Positions 37,650 to 47,009 are shown, counted from the first letter of the stretch. The stretch is 64,000 nt of DNA from Candidatus Aphodosoma sp. (GCA_045126975.1 JBGVPL010000001.1:8642-72641), one strand, 5' to 3'. Numbers and translations: made by a program. The notes: a model not told the origin generated them from the sequence alone.

Positions 37650-38683
37650 GAATATTCCCTGCAGAGTGGGCTCCACAACAATTTGTGCAACTCACATGGC
37701 CTCACGCTGATACCGATTGGGCATATATGCTCGAGGAGGTGCATGCGTGTTTCAAGAATATAGCACGTGAAGTAGCTAAGCGTCAGCAGTTGCTTATTGT
37801 TGCGCCTGATGTGGAGGAGGTGCGTCGTCAGATTGCCGATGAGGTGAATATGGCGAATGTGCGTTTGGTGGAGTTGCCATCTAACGACACTTGGGCTCGC
37901 GACCATGGAGGAATTACTATCTTTGAGACACGAGACACGAGACACGAGAGACGAGACTCAATATATCCGGTTATTCTCGATTTTCAGTTTAATGGCTGGG
38001 GATTGAAGTTCGCTTCAGATAAAGATAATTTGATTACTGAGCGTTTGTATCGTGGCGGTCATCTTTTTGGCGAATTGCGCAATTGTCGTAATTTTGTATT
38101 CGAAGGTGGCTCTATCGAGAGCGATGGCGAAGGTACATTGTTGACAACATCAGAATGTCTTTTGTCGCCAAACCGCAATGCCACTATGTTGCGTGCCGAT
38201 ATCGAGAAATATCTTTTGGATACATTAGGCGCACGTCAACTCCTTTGGCTTGATCATGGTTATCTTGCTGGCGACGACACCGATTCGCATATCGACACTT
38301 TGGCTCGTTTATGTCCTAACAATACAATATTATACGTAAAATGCGATGATGTGAACGATGAGCATTACGAGGCATTGCACCATATGGAAACTCAGCTCAA
38401 AACCTTCCGTACGCTCGCAGGCGAACCTTATCGCTTAATTGCTTTGCCTATGGCGCATCCTGCCTTCGAAGATGACGAGCGAATACCTGCAACATACGCC
38501 AACTATTTAGTTATTAATGGCGCAGTGCTTGTGCCTACGTATGGTACGGATTTAGATGCTACGGCATTAGCGCAAGTAGGCAAGGCATTTCCTGACAGAG
38601 AGATTGTTGGAGTGGATTGCCAAGCTTTGATTCGTCAGCATGGGTCATTGCACTGTGTGACAATGCAATATCCTTGTGTTTGA
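37646..38683 (+). CDS. aguA: Agmatine deiminase
   Basis: FPAEWAPQ, WARDHGG, FNGWG, DSHIDTLARL and a C-terminal GSLHCVTMQ catalytic Cys. ATGA overlap with the upstream gene. Confidence 0.92.
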   Translation: MRIFPAEWAPQQFVQLTWPHADTDWAYMLEEVHACFKNIAREVAKRQQLLIVAPDVEEVRRQIADEVNMANVRLVELPSNDTWARDHGGITIFETRDTRHERRDSIYPVILDFQFNGWGLKFASDKDNLITERLYRGGHLFGELRNCRNFVFEGGSIESDGEGTLLTTSECLLSPNRNATMLRADIEKYLLDTLGARQLLWLDHGYLAGDDTDSHIDTLARLCPNNTILYVKCDDVNDEHYEALHHMETQLKTFRTLAGEPYRLIALPMAHPAFEDDERIPATYANYLVINGAVLVPTYGTDLDATALAQVGKAFPDREIVGVDCQALIRQHGSLHCVTMQYPCV

Positions 38684-38729
38684 TAAAGATAATTTAATAG
38701 TTAGTAATAATCAGTAAAATTTAAAGAAT

Positions 38730-39305
38730 ATGAAAAAAGTAATTGTTATTTCGTTGTTATTCTTCTCATTGTTGTCAATGGGTTGTGCAAAAACACCTAT
38801 AGCTAAAGTTTGGGTGAATTCTAAAGTGGAGTGTTGTGGCGTGAATAATCCGATAAATAATTTTGGTTGGTTAGATTTTAAACAAAATGCAAATAACCAT
38901 GATTTTTCGTGTGTTTTGTTGTTTAAGAATAATGCGACTCAGGAATATTGCATTGCTGTTCATAATGTTGATGGTATGAGAACAGGAATGTTTTTAGTAG
39001 CAATGGATGGAATAACACTTTATGATTGCAATGGTGTGAAATTGGATAGAGGTGCTTATTTTAATGGAAAACCACGTTATGACCTTTATAAAAATTCTAT
39101 TACAACACAAGACAAGAAATTGAATAAACGAATTAATAAGGTAAATAAACGCTACAATAAATTGGAGAAGAAATTGGAAAAAGCTCGCGTTAAAATAACA
39201 GAGCCGGCTCCAAATTTGCAACCACCTCGTCCATGTGAAAGTTGTGGTGAGTTTATGAAAACATATACTTTAGTGGATATTGTGGCTTACTCTTATGTAA
39301 AATAA
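38730..39305 (+). CDS. Hypothetical Cys-rich lipoprotein with a Lys-rich coiled-coil segment
   Basis: Signal/lipobox MKKVIVISLLFFSLLSMGC. No recognisable family. AT-rich, and sits between aguA and aguB. Confidence 0.6.
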   Translation: MKKVIVISLLFFSLLSMGCAKTPIAKVWVNSKVECCGVNNPINNFGWLDFKQNANNHDFSCVLLFKNNATQEYCIAVHNVDGMRTGMFLVAMDGITLYDCNGVKLDRGAYFNGKPRYDLYKNSITTQDKKLNKRINKVNKRYNKLEKKLEKARVKITEPAPNLQPPRPCESCGEFMKTYTLVDIVAYSYVK

Positions 39306-39340
39306 AGAGTGCTATTTGTGTAAAAAAATACGATTAAATA

Positions 39341-40216
39341 ATGAAAATAGGTATAATACAACAATCAATAACTCCCGATGTGGAGGCAAACAAGAAGATG
39401 CTACGTGACGAGATAGTGAAAGCAAGTCGTGAGGGAGCTGAACTTGTAGTACTTCAAGAGTTGCATAATACACCTTATTTCTGTCAAACAGAGAATACTG
39501 AGTTGTTTAATCTTGCAGAGCCAATACCTGGTCCGTCAACTGAATTCTATTCGCAAGTGGCGGCTGAGTGTGGTGTTGTGTTAGTTACTTCGTTGTTTGA
39601 GCGTCGTGCTGCAGGTTTGTATCACAATACTGCTGTGGTGTTTGAAAAAGATGGCTCTATTGCAGGAAAATATCGCAAAATGCACATTCCTGATGACCCA
39701 GCTTATTACGAGAAATTCTATTTCACTCCAGGCGACTTAGGTTTCGAGCCAATTCAAACTTCGGTTGGTCGTCTTGGTGTATTAGTTTGTTGGGATCAAT
39801 GGTATCCTGAAGCAGCTCGATTGATGGCATTGGCAGGAGCGGAACTCTTGATTTACCCTACTGCTATTGGTTGGGAAAGTACTGATACTGATGAAGAAAA
39901 AGCTCGTCAACGAGAGGCTTGGATTACTGTTCAACGCGGTCATGCTGTGGCAAATGGATTGCCTGTAGTTAGTGTGAATCGTGTAGGGCATGAGCCTGAC
40001 CCAAGTGGTGCAACTAATGGCATTTTGTTTTGGGGTAGTAGTTTTGTGGCTGGTCCTCAAGGCGAGTTCCTCTATCAAGCACCATCAGATAAAACCGACC
40101 GTAAGGTGATAGATGTTGATATGAAGCGTAGTGAAAATGTGCGCCGTTGGTGGCCATTCCTTCGCGATCGCCGCATCGAAAACTATGGCGATATCACAAA
40201 ACGATTTTTAAAATAA
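39341..40216 (+). CDS. aguB: N-carbamoylputrescine amidase (CN-hydrolase family)
   Basis: The nitrilase-superfamily E-K-C triad context (VLQELHNTPYFC; YRKMHIPD; VLVCWDQWYPEAAR), and pairing with aguA. Confidence 0.9.
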   Translation: MKIGIIQQSITPDVEANKKMLRDEIVKASREGAELVVLQELHNTPYFCQTENTELFNLAEPIPGPSTEFYSQVAAECGVVLVTSLFERRAAGLYHNTAVVFEKDGSIAGKYRKMHIPDDPAYYEKFYFTPGDLGFEPIQTSVGRLGVLVCWDQWYPEAARLMALAGAELLIYPTAIGWESTDTDEEKARQREAWITVQRGHAVANGLPVVSVNRVGHEPDPSGATNGILFWGSSFVAGPQGEFLYQAPSDKTDRKVIDVDMKRSENVRRWWPFLRDRRIENYGDITKRFLK

Positions 40217-40371
40217 GGAATAGGGAACAAGGAATAAGGAATAAGGAGCAGGGAACAAGGTCGTCCGATATTCCTCCCCTGTTTTAGGGGAGGTGCCCGT
40301 AGGGCGGAGGGGTTTTCAACTTTCAACTAAAAAAACGGTGGGTCTCGCTACTCGTTACTTGCTACTAAATA
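40214..40371 (+). repeat. Composite repeat block: TAAGGAA-type array (starts on the aguB stop), GGGGAGG hairpin element copy 3 (40268-40316), TTCAACT x2, then a CTCGCTA/CTTGCTA array
   Basis: Same module order as the block at 8428-8657. Element copy 3 is atattcctcccctgttttaggggaggtgcccgtagggcggaggggtt. Confidence 0.9.
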
Positions 40372-40379
40372 TCTGATAT

Positions 40380-41633
40380 ATGCAAAGAAAAGATTTTGAA
40401 ATAATGGCACCTGCGGGTTCGTGGGAGAGCCTTCAAGCAGCAATACAAGCTGGTGCCGATTCGGTATATTTTGGTATTGAACGTCTTAATATGCGTTCTC
40501 GCTCATCAAGCAATTTCACTACAGAGGATTTGCATCGCATTGTAGAGCGTTGTAAAGAGGCTGGCATTAAATCTTACCTCACAATTAATACAATTATCTA
40601 TGACGAAGACCTTGAACTCATGCGTGAAATCGTAGATAACGCAAAAGAGGCGGGTGTGAGTGCTATTATTGCAGCCGATGTAGCTGTGATGCAATATGCT
40701 ATTTCGCAAGGTGTTGAGGTTCACCTCAGTACTCAACTCAATATATCTAACGTTGAGGCATTGCGTTTCTATGCTCAATTTGCAGATGTAGTAGTATTGG
40801 CTCGTGAGCTTAATATGAATCAAGTAGCTGAAATCCACCGTCGTATCGTAGAGGAAAATATCGTGGGTCGCAATGGCGAATTGATTCGTATCGAGATGTT
40901 CTGTCATGGTGCTTTGTGTATGGCTGTGTCGGGTAAATGCTATCTTTCTTTGCACGAACTTAATGCTTCAGCCAATCGTGGAGCTTGCATGCAAGTATGT
41001 CGTCGTGCATATCGTGTTCATGACGAAGATTCTGATATTGAACTCACTGTAGATAATAAATATATCATGTCGCCTAAAGACTTGAAGACTATTCATTTTA
41101 TGAATAAGATGATGGATTCGGGTGTGCGTGTATTCAAAATCGAAGGTCGCGCTCGTGGACCTGAGTATGTGAAGGCTGTGGTGTCGTGTTATAATGAGGC
41201 AATCGAAGCACATCTTACCAATACATTTACTGACGAGAAGGTGGCAGATTGGGATGTACGACTCTCAAAAGTGTTTAATCGTGGTTTCTGGGATGGTTAT
41301 TATCTCGGTCAACGCCTTGGTGAGTGGAGTCACAATTATGGCTCAAAAGCTACTCATAAGAAGGTATATATTGGTAAGTGTACTAACTTCTTCCAAAAAA
41401 TTGGTGTAGCAGAGTTCTTACTCGAAGCACAAACTCTCTCTGTAGGCGATGAAATTCTTGTAACAGGCGAAACTACAGGTGCATACGAAGATGTAGTAGA
41501 AGAGGTACGTGTAGATTTGAAACCAGTTGAAATAGTCGAAAAAGGTACATATTTCAGTATCAAAACAAAAGACGTTGTTCGTCGCAACGACAAATTATTC
41601 AAAATCGTACCATCTGACGAATTGCAAAAATAA
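40380..41633 (+). CDS. Peptidase U32 family protein
   Basis: Typical U32 N-terminus (EIMAPAGSWESLQAAIQAGADSVYFG) and the conserved E..CHGALCMAVSGKCYLS region. Confidence 0.9.
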   Translation: MQRKDFEIMAPAGSWESLQAAIQAGADSVYFGIERLNMRSRSSSNFTTEDLHRIVERCKEAGIKSYLTINTIIYDEDLELMREIVDNAKEAGVSAIIAADVAVMQYAISQGVEVHLSTQLNISNVEALRFYAQFADVVVLARELNMNQVAEIHRRIVEENIVGRNGELIRIEMFCHGALCMAVSGKCYLSLHELNASANRGACMQVCRRAYRVHDEDSDIELTVDNKYIMSPKDLKTIHFMNKMMDSGVRVFKIEGRARGPEYVKAVVSCYNEAIEAHLTNTFTDEKVADWDVRLSKVFNRGFWDGYYLGQRLGEWSHNYGSKATHKKVYIGKCTNFFQKIGVAEFLLEAQTLSVGDEILVTGETTGAYEDVVEEVRVDLKPVEIVEKGTYFSIKTKDVVRRNDKLFKIVPSDELQK

Positions 41634-41653
41634 TTATTTATAATCTATAATTT

Positions 41654-42799
41654 ATGAAAAAAACACTACTGTTTTTATTGTGCATTGTGTGCAGTGTATT
41701 GTGCATTAATGTGAATGCTGAAACTCTTGAAGAAAAAGTGGCTCGTCTTGAAGCTAAACTTGCTACGCTCGAAGCAAAAACTGAAGCAACAGATTCGGTG
41801 ATTACAGCCGAAGTGGTTGAACCTAAAAAGAAAATGCAACCTATTTCGGTGAAATTCGATGCTCGTTTCGACTGGCAGTCTTCTTTTACTCATAATGCTG
41901 ATGCTAAACCAAGTTATGCATCTAATTTCAATGGACGCTATATCATGTTTATGCTTGATGGTAATATCAGTCCAAAATTCTCTTACTCTTTGCGTTATCG
42001 TATGATTCACCCAAGTCATGAGAATTCTTGGCGTGGTGTTTTCAATGCAACCGACTGGGCACAACTTACTTATCGTCCTACAAAGAATTGGGAAATCACA
42101 GCAGGTAAAATGCTTGTGTTCTATGGTTCTTATGAATTTGACAAAAACCCTCTTGATGTTTATATGTGGTCAGGTTGGGGTGGTCGTGTAGGCTGTTTCC
42201 AATTTGGTGTATTGGGTAAATATATTACTAATGATGGACGTAATAATATCCTTTTCCAAATCAATAATTCACCATTTGCCGACCCTCTCAGTTTAGGTGC
42301 AATGTATAGCTATTCTGTTCAATGGAATGGTAATTTTGGAGTATTCAATGCACTCTATTCTGATAATTTAATTGAATATCAGCCAGGTCGTTTCATAAAT
42401 TACATTTCACTTGGTAATCAATTCAATTTTGGTCCTGCAACTATTGAACTCGACTATATGAATCGTTATGGTGCTCGTGGCACAAATTTCTTTGGCGATT
42501 TTTCATTTATCGGGCGAGTTAAATATAATGTATGCGATCAGTTAACTATTTTTGCTAAAGGTGGTCTTGACTATAATATGAATGAAGAGGTTGTTGATTT
42601 GCTTATATTGCCTGGTGAACGTAATGTTTATTATGGTGCAGGTCTTGAATTTTATCCAATTAAAAATAGCAAAAATGTGCGTATCCATGCATTCTGGCAA
42701 TCGGGTAATAACAATCTTGGTATCGACGGGCAAGCATGGAATGTGCACAATGTTGGTATAGGTTTCAAATGGAGATTGGTTGCCTTCGAACGTCAATAA
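41654..42799 (+). CDS. Putative outer-membrane porin (OprO/P-like beta-barrel with an N-terminal coiled coil)
   Basis: Signal peptide, LEEKVARLEAKLATLEAKTEA coiled coil, alternating aromatic beta-strand pattern, and a C-terminal ...GIGFKWRLVAFERQ. Confidence 0.5.
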   Translation: MKKTLLFLLCIVCSVLCINVNAETLEEKVARLEAKLATLEAKTEATDSVITAEVVEPKKKMQPISVKFDARFDWQSSFTHNADAKPSYASNFNGRYIMFMLDGNISPKFSYSLRYRMIHPSHENSWRGVFNATDWAQLTYRPTKNWEITAGKMLVFYGSYEFDKNPLDVYMWSGWGGRVGCFQFGVLGKYITNDGRNNILFQINNSPFADPLSLGAMYSYSVQWNGNFGVFNALYSDNLIEYQPGRFINYISLGNQFNFGPATIELDYMNRYGARGTNFFGDFSFIGRVKYNVCDQLTIFAKGGLDYNMNEEVVDLLILPGERNVYYGAGLEFYPIKNSKNVRIHAFWQSGNNNLGIDGQAWNVHNVGIGFKWRLVAFERQ

Positions 42800-42923
42800 G
42801 ATAATGTAGAAAATAGTAGGGACGCTCGGTTCGAGCTTCCGTTAATGAATAATATTTAATAAACGAAGGGAAGTTGAGTATTGTATTCTTGCTACTCGCT
42901 ACTCGCTACTAAAAATCTAAACA

Positions 42924-44069
42924 ATGAAAAAATTTAAAGACCTAAAATTCACAACAAAGCGTACTATTGAAGCTTTGATTTTCCTTGTGATTTTCTTTGC
43001 GATATTTGGTTATATCGCTAATCGTATGGGTATGGCTAATATGCTTAATACCATTATGCAAACATCGTATCGTCTTTTGATTGATACTTGTTTCTATCTT
43101 ATGGGTATCACTGTGTTGTCGGGTGCTTTGGGTAAATTGCTCACTGAGTTTGGTGTAGTTCGTTTGCTCGAAAATATCTTGAAACCATTCATGAAACCGC
43201 TTTACAACCTTCCTGGTGTTGCGGCACTTGGTGCAGTGTTGACTTTCTTGTCTGATAATCCTGCAATTATCTCGTTGGCTAATGACAAAAACTTCAGCCA
43301 ATACTTCAAAAAATATCAACTTATTTCGCTTACTAACTTTGGTACAGCGTTCGGTATGGGTCTTGTGGTAATTGCCTTTATGACTGGTAAAGGTTTTGCT
43401 TCTGGCGCATTGATTGGTCTTGTTGGTGCTGTGATTGGTAGTGTTGTCTCTACTCGTATTATGCAACGTTCTATTATTAAGGCATATCCTAACTTTAAAG
43501 AAGAGGGTGCTGCTGGTGGTAATGAACAAGAGATTTCGTTTAAATCAGATGAAGGTGCATTCCTTCGTGGTTTGAATGCAATTCTCGATGGTGGTAAAAC
43601 TGGTGTTGAACTTGGTCTTGCAATTATTCCAGGTGTATTGATTATCTCTACATTTGTGATGATTCTCACATTTGGTGCATCAGCTACAGGCGAATATACA
43701 GGTGCTGCTTACGAAGGTGTGAAAGTATTACCTTGGTTGGCAAGCAAAATCGACTTCGTATTCCAATGGTTGTTTGGCTTCCAACACCCTGAGTTGGTTG
43801 CTTATCCTATCACAGCTCTCGGTGCAGTAGGTGCGGCTCTTGGTCTTATCCCTACATTCATGGAACAAGGATTTGTTGATAACAACGTAATCGCAGTATT
43901 TACAGCTATGGGTATGTGTTGGTCAGGTTTCCTTTCAACTCATACAGCTATGCTCGATTCACTTGGCTATCGTCAACTTACATCAAAAGCAATCGCAGCT
44001 CACACTATCGGTGGTCTTTGTGCCGGTATCGCAGCTCACTGGTTGTTTGTGTTGATACAACTTTTCTGA
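42924..44069 (+). CDS. Polytopic membrane protein, nucleoside-recognition (Gate) domain-like
   Basis: About 10 predicted TM segments. The N-terminal half resembles Gate/SpmA-type proteins (LGKLLTEFGVVRLLENILKPFMKPLYNLPG). The family assignment is tentative. Confidence 0.45.
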   Translation: MKKFKDLKFTTKRTIEALIFLVIFFAIFGYIANRMGMANMLNTIMQTSYRLLIDTCFYLMGITVLSGALGKLLTEFGVVRLLENILKPFMKPLYNLPGVAALGAVLTFLSDNPAIISLANDKNFSQYFKKYQLISLTNFGTAFGMGLVVIAFMTGKGFASGALIGLVGAVIGSVVSTRIMQRSIIKAYPNFKEEGAAGGNEQEISFKSDEGAFLRGLNAILDGGKTGVELGLAIIPGVLIISTFVMILTFGASATGEYTGAAYEGVKVLPWLASKIDFVFQWLFGFQHPELVAYPITALGAVGAALGLIPTFMEQGFVDNNVIAVFTAMGMCWSGFLSTHTAMLDSLGYRQLTSKAIAAHTIGGLCAGIAAHWLFVLIQLF

Positions 44070-44093
44070 TAAAGTGATATTATAAAATATGAG

Positions 44094-44130
44094 GTGCCTG
44101 CAAATTATAGTTTGCAGGCACTATTGTTTT
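44094..44130 (+). terminator. Intrinsic terminator
   Basis: Perfect 11-bp stem gtgcctgcaaa/tttgcaggcac, loop ttatag, and a T-rich tail. Confidence 0.8.
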
Positions 44131-44155
44131 GTGATAAAATTTTGTTATACAAATA

Positions 44156-44187
44156 TTTGGTAGTTTCGAGAAAAAGTTGTAACTTTG
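44156..44187 (+). promoter_or_regulatory. Promoter of rpsF-rpsR-rplI
   Basis: TTTG (44156-44159), 20 nt, TAACTTTG (44180-44187). It shares the same ATATTTGGTAG -33 context as the rimP promoter. Confidence 0.65.
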
Positions 44188-44278
44188 CATCCGATTTTGC
44201 GGGGTATGCTCTGTAATGGAGTAAAAGCCTTGTAAATAACAAATAATCAATAATTTATTAACAAAAAATTCTATCATT

Positions 44279-44623
44279 ATGATGAATCATTATGAAACAG
44301 CTTTCATTTTGACTCCCGTTTTGTCTGACGTTCAGATGAAGGAAGCTGTAGAAAAATTCAAAGGTTTCTTGGTAGCTAATGGCGCAGAAATCGAAAATGA
44401 GGAGTTGTGGGGTTTGAAAAAATTGGCTTACCCTATCCAAAAGAAATCAACAGGTTTCTATTCACTTCTTCAATTCAAAGCAGAACCATCAATGGTTGCT
44501 AAACTTGAATTGCAATTCCGTCGTGATGAGCGCGTACTCCGTTTCTTGACATTCCGTCTTGATAAATACGCTCTCGAATATGCTAACAAACGTATTAACA
44601 AAGCTAAACAAGAGGAGAAATAA
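44279..44623 (+). CDS. rpsF: 30S ribosomal protein S6
   Basis: [16 protein letters not shown]... typical S6; operon with S18 and L9. Confidence 0.95.
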   Translation: MMNHYETAFILTPVLSDVQMKEAVEKFKGFLVANGAEIENEELWGLKKLAYPIQKKSTGFYSLLQFKAEPSMVAKLELQFRRDERVLRFLTFRLDKYALEYANKRINKAKQEEK

Positions 44624-44626
44624 TTT

Positions 44627-44893
44627 ATGGCAGCAAATCAAGAAGTACGTTATTTGACTCCTGTTGCAGTCGATAACACAAAGAAAAAATATTGCCGTTT
44701 CAAAAGAATGGGCATTAAATATGTAGACTACAAAGACCCTGAATTCTTGAAAAAATTCTTGAACGAGCAAGGTAAAATCCTTCCACGTCGTATCACTGGT
44801 ACTTCGTTGAAATTCCAACGCAAAGTTGCGCAAGCTGTTAAACGTGCTCGCCACCTCGCTTTGCTCCCTTATGTAACTGATATGTTGAAATAA
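44627..44893 (+). CDS. rpsR: 30S ribosomal protein S18
   Basis: [48 protein letters not shown]. Confidence 0.96.
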   Translation: MAANQEVRYLTPVAVDNTKKKYCRFKRMGIKYVDYKDPEFLKKFLNEQGKILPRRITGTSLKFQRKVAQAVKRARHLALLPYVTDMLK

Positions 44894-44912
44894 TAAAACT
44901 GGAGGAATATAT

Positions 44913-45368
44913 ATGGAACTTATTTTGAAAGAAGACGTAGCTAACTTGGGCTACAAAGACGATATCGTAAACGTAAAACGTGGTTACGGTCGTAACTACC
45001 TTATTCCTACAGGTAAAGCAGTAATCGCTACTGAATCAGCTCGTAAAGTGTTGGCTGAAAATCTTCGTCAACGTGCTCACAAATTGGCTCAAATCAAAGC
45101 TGATGCTGAAGCTATGGCTGAAAAAATCAACGGTCTCGAAATCACTATCGTTACTAAAACTTCTGCTACTGGTACTATCTTTGGTGCTGTTAACAGCATT
45201 CAAGTGGCTGAAGAATTGGCTAAACTTGGTCACGAAATCGACCGTAAAACTATCGTTATCAAAGACGCTATCAAAGAAGTTGGTACTTACAACGCTGTAG
45301 TTAAACTTCACAAAGAAGTTGCTGCTACAATCACTTTGAACGTAGTTGCTGAAGCTGCTGCTGAGTAA
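44913..45368 (+). CDS. rplI: 50S ribosomal protein L9
   Basis: MELILKEDVANLGYKDDIVNVKRGYGRNYLIPTGKAV. Confidence 0.96.
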   Translation: MELILKEDVANLGYKDDIVNVKRGYGRNYLIPTGKAVIATESARKVLAENLRQRAHKLAQIKADAEAMAEKINGLEITIVTKTSATGTIFGAVNSIQVAEELAKLGHEIDRKTIVIKDAIKEVGTYNAVVKLHKEVAATITLNVVAEAAAE

Positions 45369-45395
45369 TTATTTACTTATAACGTATAATATAGA

Positions 45396-45432
45396 AAAAT
45401 CCGTTATCATTTGTGGTAACGGATTTTTTTTT
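45396..45432 (+). terminator. Intrinsic terminator after rplI
   Basis: 10-bp stem atccgttatc/ggtaacggat (one G-U pair), 6-nt loop, T8. Confidence 0.85.
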
Positions 45433-45710
45433 GTGCTGAAGGTGGGTTTGTGGTGTGGTTGAGGCTTGTTTTGTGGTGTTGTGTGGGTGGATGTAATTGG
45501 TTGGAGGGGTGTGTTAGATTGGTGTTTTTATAGGGAAAAGTTGGAAAATGAGAAAAATTTGGGTTGAGTAGGGTGGTTTTTTGGTGATATTTTGGGGTGA
45601 AATGGGGCGAAAAATGTGTTGTATGACATAAAAATGATGGTAAACTGAAAATTTTTCTCTTTGATTATTAGGTGGTTGGCAGTTTTTAGTGAAAAAATAT
45701 TGAAAAATAT

Positions 45711-45741
45711 TTTGTGGGTAAGGAAAAATGTTGTAACTTTG
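45711..45741 (+). promoter_or_regulatory. Promoter of tRNA-Arg
   Basis: TTTG (45711-45714), 19 nt, TAACTTTG (45734-45741). The tRNA starts 22 nt downstream. Confidence 0.65.
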
Positions 45742-45762
45742 CAACCGCAAAAGAGAAACAAC

Positions 45763-45836
45763 GGCTCCATAGCTCAACTGAATAGAGCATCGCACTACGG
45801 ATGCGAAGGTTACAGGTTTGAATCCTGTTGGAGTCA
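45763..45836 (+). tRNA. tRNA-Arg (anticodon ACG), 74 nt, no encoded CCA
   Basis: Hand-folded cloverleaf. Acceptor ggctcca/tggagtc (one G-U), anticodon stem tcgca/tgcga with loop CU-ACG-GA, T arm acagg-tttgaat-cctgt, discriminator A. Confidence 0.93.
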
Positions 45837-45843
45837 CAAAAGT

Positions 45844-45875
45844 AGAGACGCAATATTTTGTGTCTCTTTTTTTTG
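45844..45875 (+). terminator. Intrinsic terminator after tRNA-Arg
   Basis: Stem agagacgcaa/ttgtgtctct (one G-U), loop tatt, T8. Confidence 0.8.
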
Positions 45876-45991
45876 TCTTTTTTTTGTGGGTATTATGGTT
45901 AGTTCGATTCGTTTGACCTGTCCGACTTGTCTGATAAGTCCAACAGTTGACTTTCGACTATTGACTTTTTTTGAAAAAATAGTGATAAATG

Positions 45992-46023
45992 TTTGGCTGT
46001 TTGGAAATAATGTCGTATCTTTG
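45992..46023 (+). promoter_or_regulatory. Promoter of rplM-rpsI
   Basis: TTTG (45992-45995), 20 nt, TATCTTTG (46016-46023). It leaves a ~130-nt leader before rplM. Confidence 0.55.
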
Positions 46024-46158
46024 CAGTCCGAAATATTATCCATGCCGTATAGGCGAAAAATTTCAGGAAGTTAATTGTGTTTGAGTGAATTAGCCCGCTC
46101 CTACATAGCCCGAATCCTGATAGAAATTATTTAATTATCATTTAAAACTTAATTAATT

Positions 46159-46614
46159 GTGGATACTTTAAGCTTTAAAACACTCTCAGTAAACAAAGCT
46201 ACTGCACAAAAAGAGTGGATCCTTATCGATGCAACAGACCTCGTATTGGGTCGTATGGCATCAAAAGTTGCGAAACTTCTTCGTGGTAAATACAAACCAA
46301 GTTTCACTCCTCACGTAGATTGTGGTGACAACGTAATCATCATCAACGCTGAAAAAGTGAAATTGACTGGTAACAAATGGAATGACCGTGTTTATCTTTC
46401 ACACACAGGTTACCCAGGTGGTCAACGTGAAATTACTCCTGCTCAATTGATGGCTAAGAGCCCTGAAAAACTTATCAAAAAAGTTGTAAAAGGTATGCTC
46501 CCTAAAAACATCCTTGCAGGCGCTTTGCTTGACAATCTTTATGTATATGCAGGTTCTGAACACCCACACGCTGCTCAACAACCAAAACAAATCGATTTAA
46601 ACCTTATTAAATAA
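46159..46614 (+). CDS. rplM: 50S ribosomal protein L13 (GTG start)
   Basis: WILIDATDLVLGRMASKVAKLLRGKYKPSFTPHVDCGDNVIIINAEKV. Confidence 0.96.
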   Translation: MDTLSFKTLSVNKATAQKEWILIDATDLVLGRMASKVAKLLRGKYKPSFTPHVDCGDNVIIINAEKVKLTGNKWNDRVYLSHTGYPGGQREITPAQLMAKSPEKLIKKVVKGMLPKNILAGALLDNLYVYAGSEHPHAAQQPKQIDLNLIK

Positions 46615-46622
46615 TAGAAGAA

Positions 46623-47009
46623 ATGGAAGTAATCAACGCTATCGGTAGAAGAAAAGCTGCAATCGCACGCGTTTTCGTAAAAGAAGGTAAAGGCGACATC
46701 ACTATCAACGGTCGTGAACTTGCTAATTATTTCCCTTCTTCAATGCTTCAATTCGTAGTTAACCAACCTCTTAACGTAGTTAACGCTCTTGGTAAATACG
46801 ATATCAAAGTAAACCTTAAAGGTGGTGGTTTCAACGGTCAAGCTGAGGCTCTTCGTCTTGGTATCGCTCGCGCTCTTGTAAAAATCAATGCTGAAGACAA
46901 ACACGCTCTTAAAGCTGCTGGATTCCTTACTCGTGACGCTCGCGTTGTTGAACGTAAAAAACCAGGTCAACCAAAAGCTCGTAAACGTTTCCAATTCTCA
47001 AAACGTTAA
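46623..47009 (+). CDS. rpsI: 30S ribosomal protein S9
   Basis: GRRKAAIARVFV...GGGFNGQAEALRLGIARAL...RKKPGQPKARKRFQFSKR. Confidence 0.97.
   Translation: MEVINAIGRRKAAIARVFVKEGKGDITINGRELANYFPSSMLQFVVNQPLNVVNALGKYDIKVNLKGGGFNGQAEALRLGIARALVKINAEDKHALKAAGFLTRDARVVERKKPGQPKARKRFQFSKR

Noticed and set aside
45661-46074. 137-aa ORF spanning tRNA-Arg, plus the minus-strand ORFs at 45514-45837
   Set aside because: They overlap a well-folded tRNA, its promoter and its terminator. The flanks are GT-rich non-coding DNA.
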